Source of the DNA: Eledone cirrhosa
Taxonomy: Eukaryota
DNA: 64,000 bases
NCBI GenBank assembly: GCA_964016885.1
Contig: OZ024741.1
Coordinates: forward strand, 204,352,001-204,416,000
Direction of reading: 5' to 3'
In this document: positions 62,867 through 64,000 of the stretch, piece after piece
Position numbering within the stretch: position 1 is the stretch's first letter
Layout: the number at the start of each line of letters is the position of its first letter
Translations under genes and position numbers: made by a program
Notes under the pieces: generated by a model
The model's input: the letters and a program-made list of their open reading frames with translations, nothing else
Told to the model about the DNA's origin: nothing
The model's database searches: none

Positions 62867-64000
62867 TGACTTTGTGTTTGTGAAGTGTTCGTTTCTAAAT
62901 AGTTCTTATTGAATGGTTTTAAAATATATGAATGCTTATTCAAGTTTGCAATATGTTAATCAGTTAGAAGACCTCTCTTCCTCTATTGTAAGTTTTGTGT
63001 ACAGATTATTTGAGTTCAGTATTACCAAGCAATCAGTCATGGCTGGCTTAATCAGATGAGCTGCAATTTACTGGCCAAAAGCCGAATAGTTCATTTTTTA
63101 TCTCCAGCACTGGCATATATAAAACACTTACAGACCCAGTCCTACTAAGTGTAAATATTTATCAAAAGTCGATAGGTTGTAAAGAATTGTAACACTATTA
63201 TAAAGGGCATTTCATTTACTTGTAATGCTGAGTTTTAGCCACTCCATGGAAGTTAAGAAGCTAAGAAGAAACTCTGTAGATACTTTACTTACTGTGTCAC
63301 TAGTGTTGTTTTCACATTAATATCTGATATAACTACTTGCTAATCTGGTGAGAGAAATTGTTGTGTTAAGGATATTGTTGCTGTTTAACCCTTGATCATA
63401 TGTTCAAAGTTATTCTAGCTGTGACCATCTCTTTACAAACACAGTTTATCTCAAATATTTCTAATGTCCATTTTTATTTTTATTTTTTGCTAAAAGAGTA
63501 GAGTGATATTTAATAGAGATTTGGTTTCTATTTCTAACAATTCACACAACCATATTGAGGCTCCTTCATTGAGTAAATGTTGTGTTTGGAGGTGAAAAAG
63601 CAGTAATGAGTGGAGAGTCAATGTGTTGGTCAGGGATATATTAATTGATGTAACCATTTCTGGCTAACTAACAATTTGATCTCTATGCCAGCAGTGTTGG
63701 TATCAAAAAGAAAGAGTTACCAGGGTTCATAACAAGGTAGCCTCTATGTGGTCACTTGATCTGTGAGAAATAGCAACCAAGTTCCTTCTAATTACCCTAC
63801 TGTTTTAAATGGGAAAGGCATACTTGATATATAAAAAGATAGATTGGTCATAGCATGCTTTTGATTATAAGTATGCCTGATCAGAGAGGTGTCTTCAATG
63901 ACCCTGTCTTGTATACTCTGATATCAGTGGCACTATTCTCAGAAAGGTACTGTCAAAAACAGTATCAAGCGATTTTAAACTTGAAACTTGAAATTTGCTA

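Overview
AT-rich, repeat-dense eukaryotic DNA. The SINE/RTE repertoire suggests an octopod cephalopod (inference, not proven). Two spliced housekeeping genes sit head-to-head across a 533-bp spacer. GTF2F1 (TFIIF alpha/RAP74) is on the minus strand with 9 exons found between 25776 and about 11688; its C-terminal exons appear to lie outside the window. GPATCH4 is on the plus strand with 7 coding exons, 26310-40399, 304 aa. Positions 353-9485 are an 18-bp satellite with a 3048-bp higher-order repeat and seven short internal inversions; the ORFs called there are artefacts. Just after the GPATCH4 stop, a 13-kb block (40471-53531) is bounded by perfect 13-bp hAT-type TIRs and an 8-bp TSD. It holds a nested stack: RTE LINE > Buster hAT > SINE, Tx1-like LINE > solo LTR, and a non-autonomous LTR element. 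Two tRNA-Trp-primed, CsRn1/Kabuki-like non-autonomous LTR families are present. One has TG...TA termini and a duplicated LTR-end/PBS junction carrying an over-long copy of the primer tRNA. The other is an LTR-int-LTR-int-LTR tandem with a chimeric middle LTR. The rest is a second RTE copy, Helitron, mariner and piggyBac remnants, SINEs and minisatellites. No prokaryotic-type system (CRISPR etc.) is supported. All family assignments come from motif recognition, not database searches.
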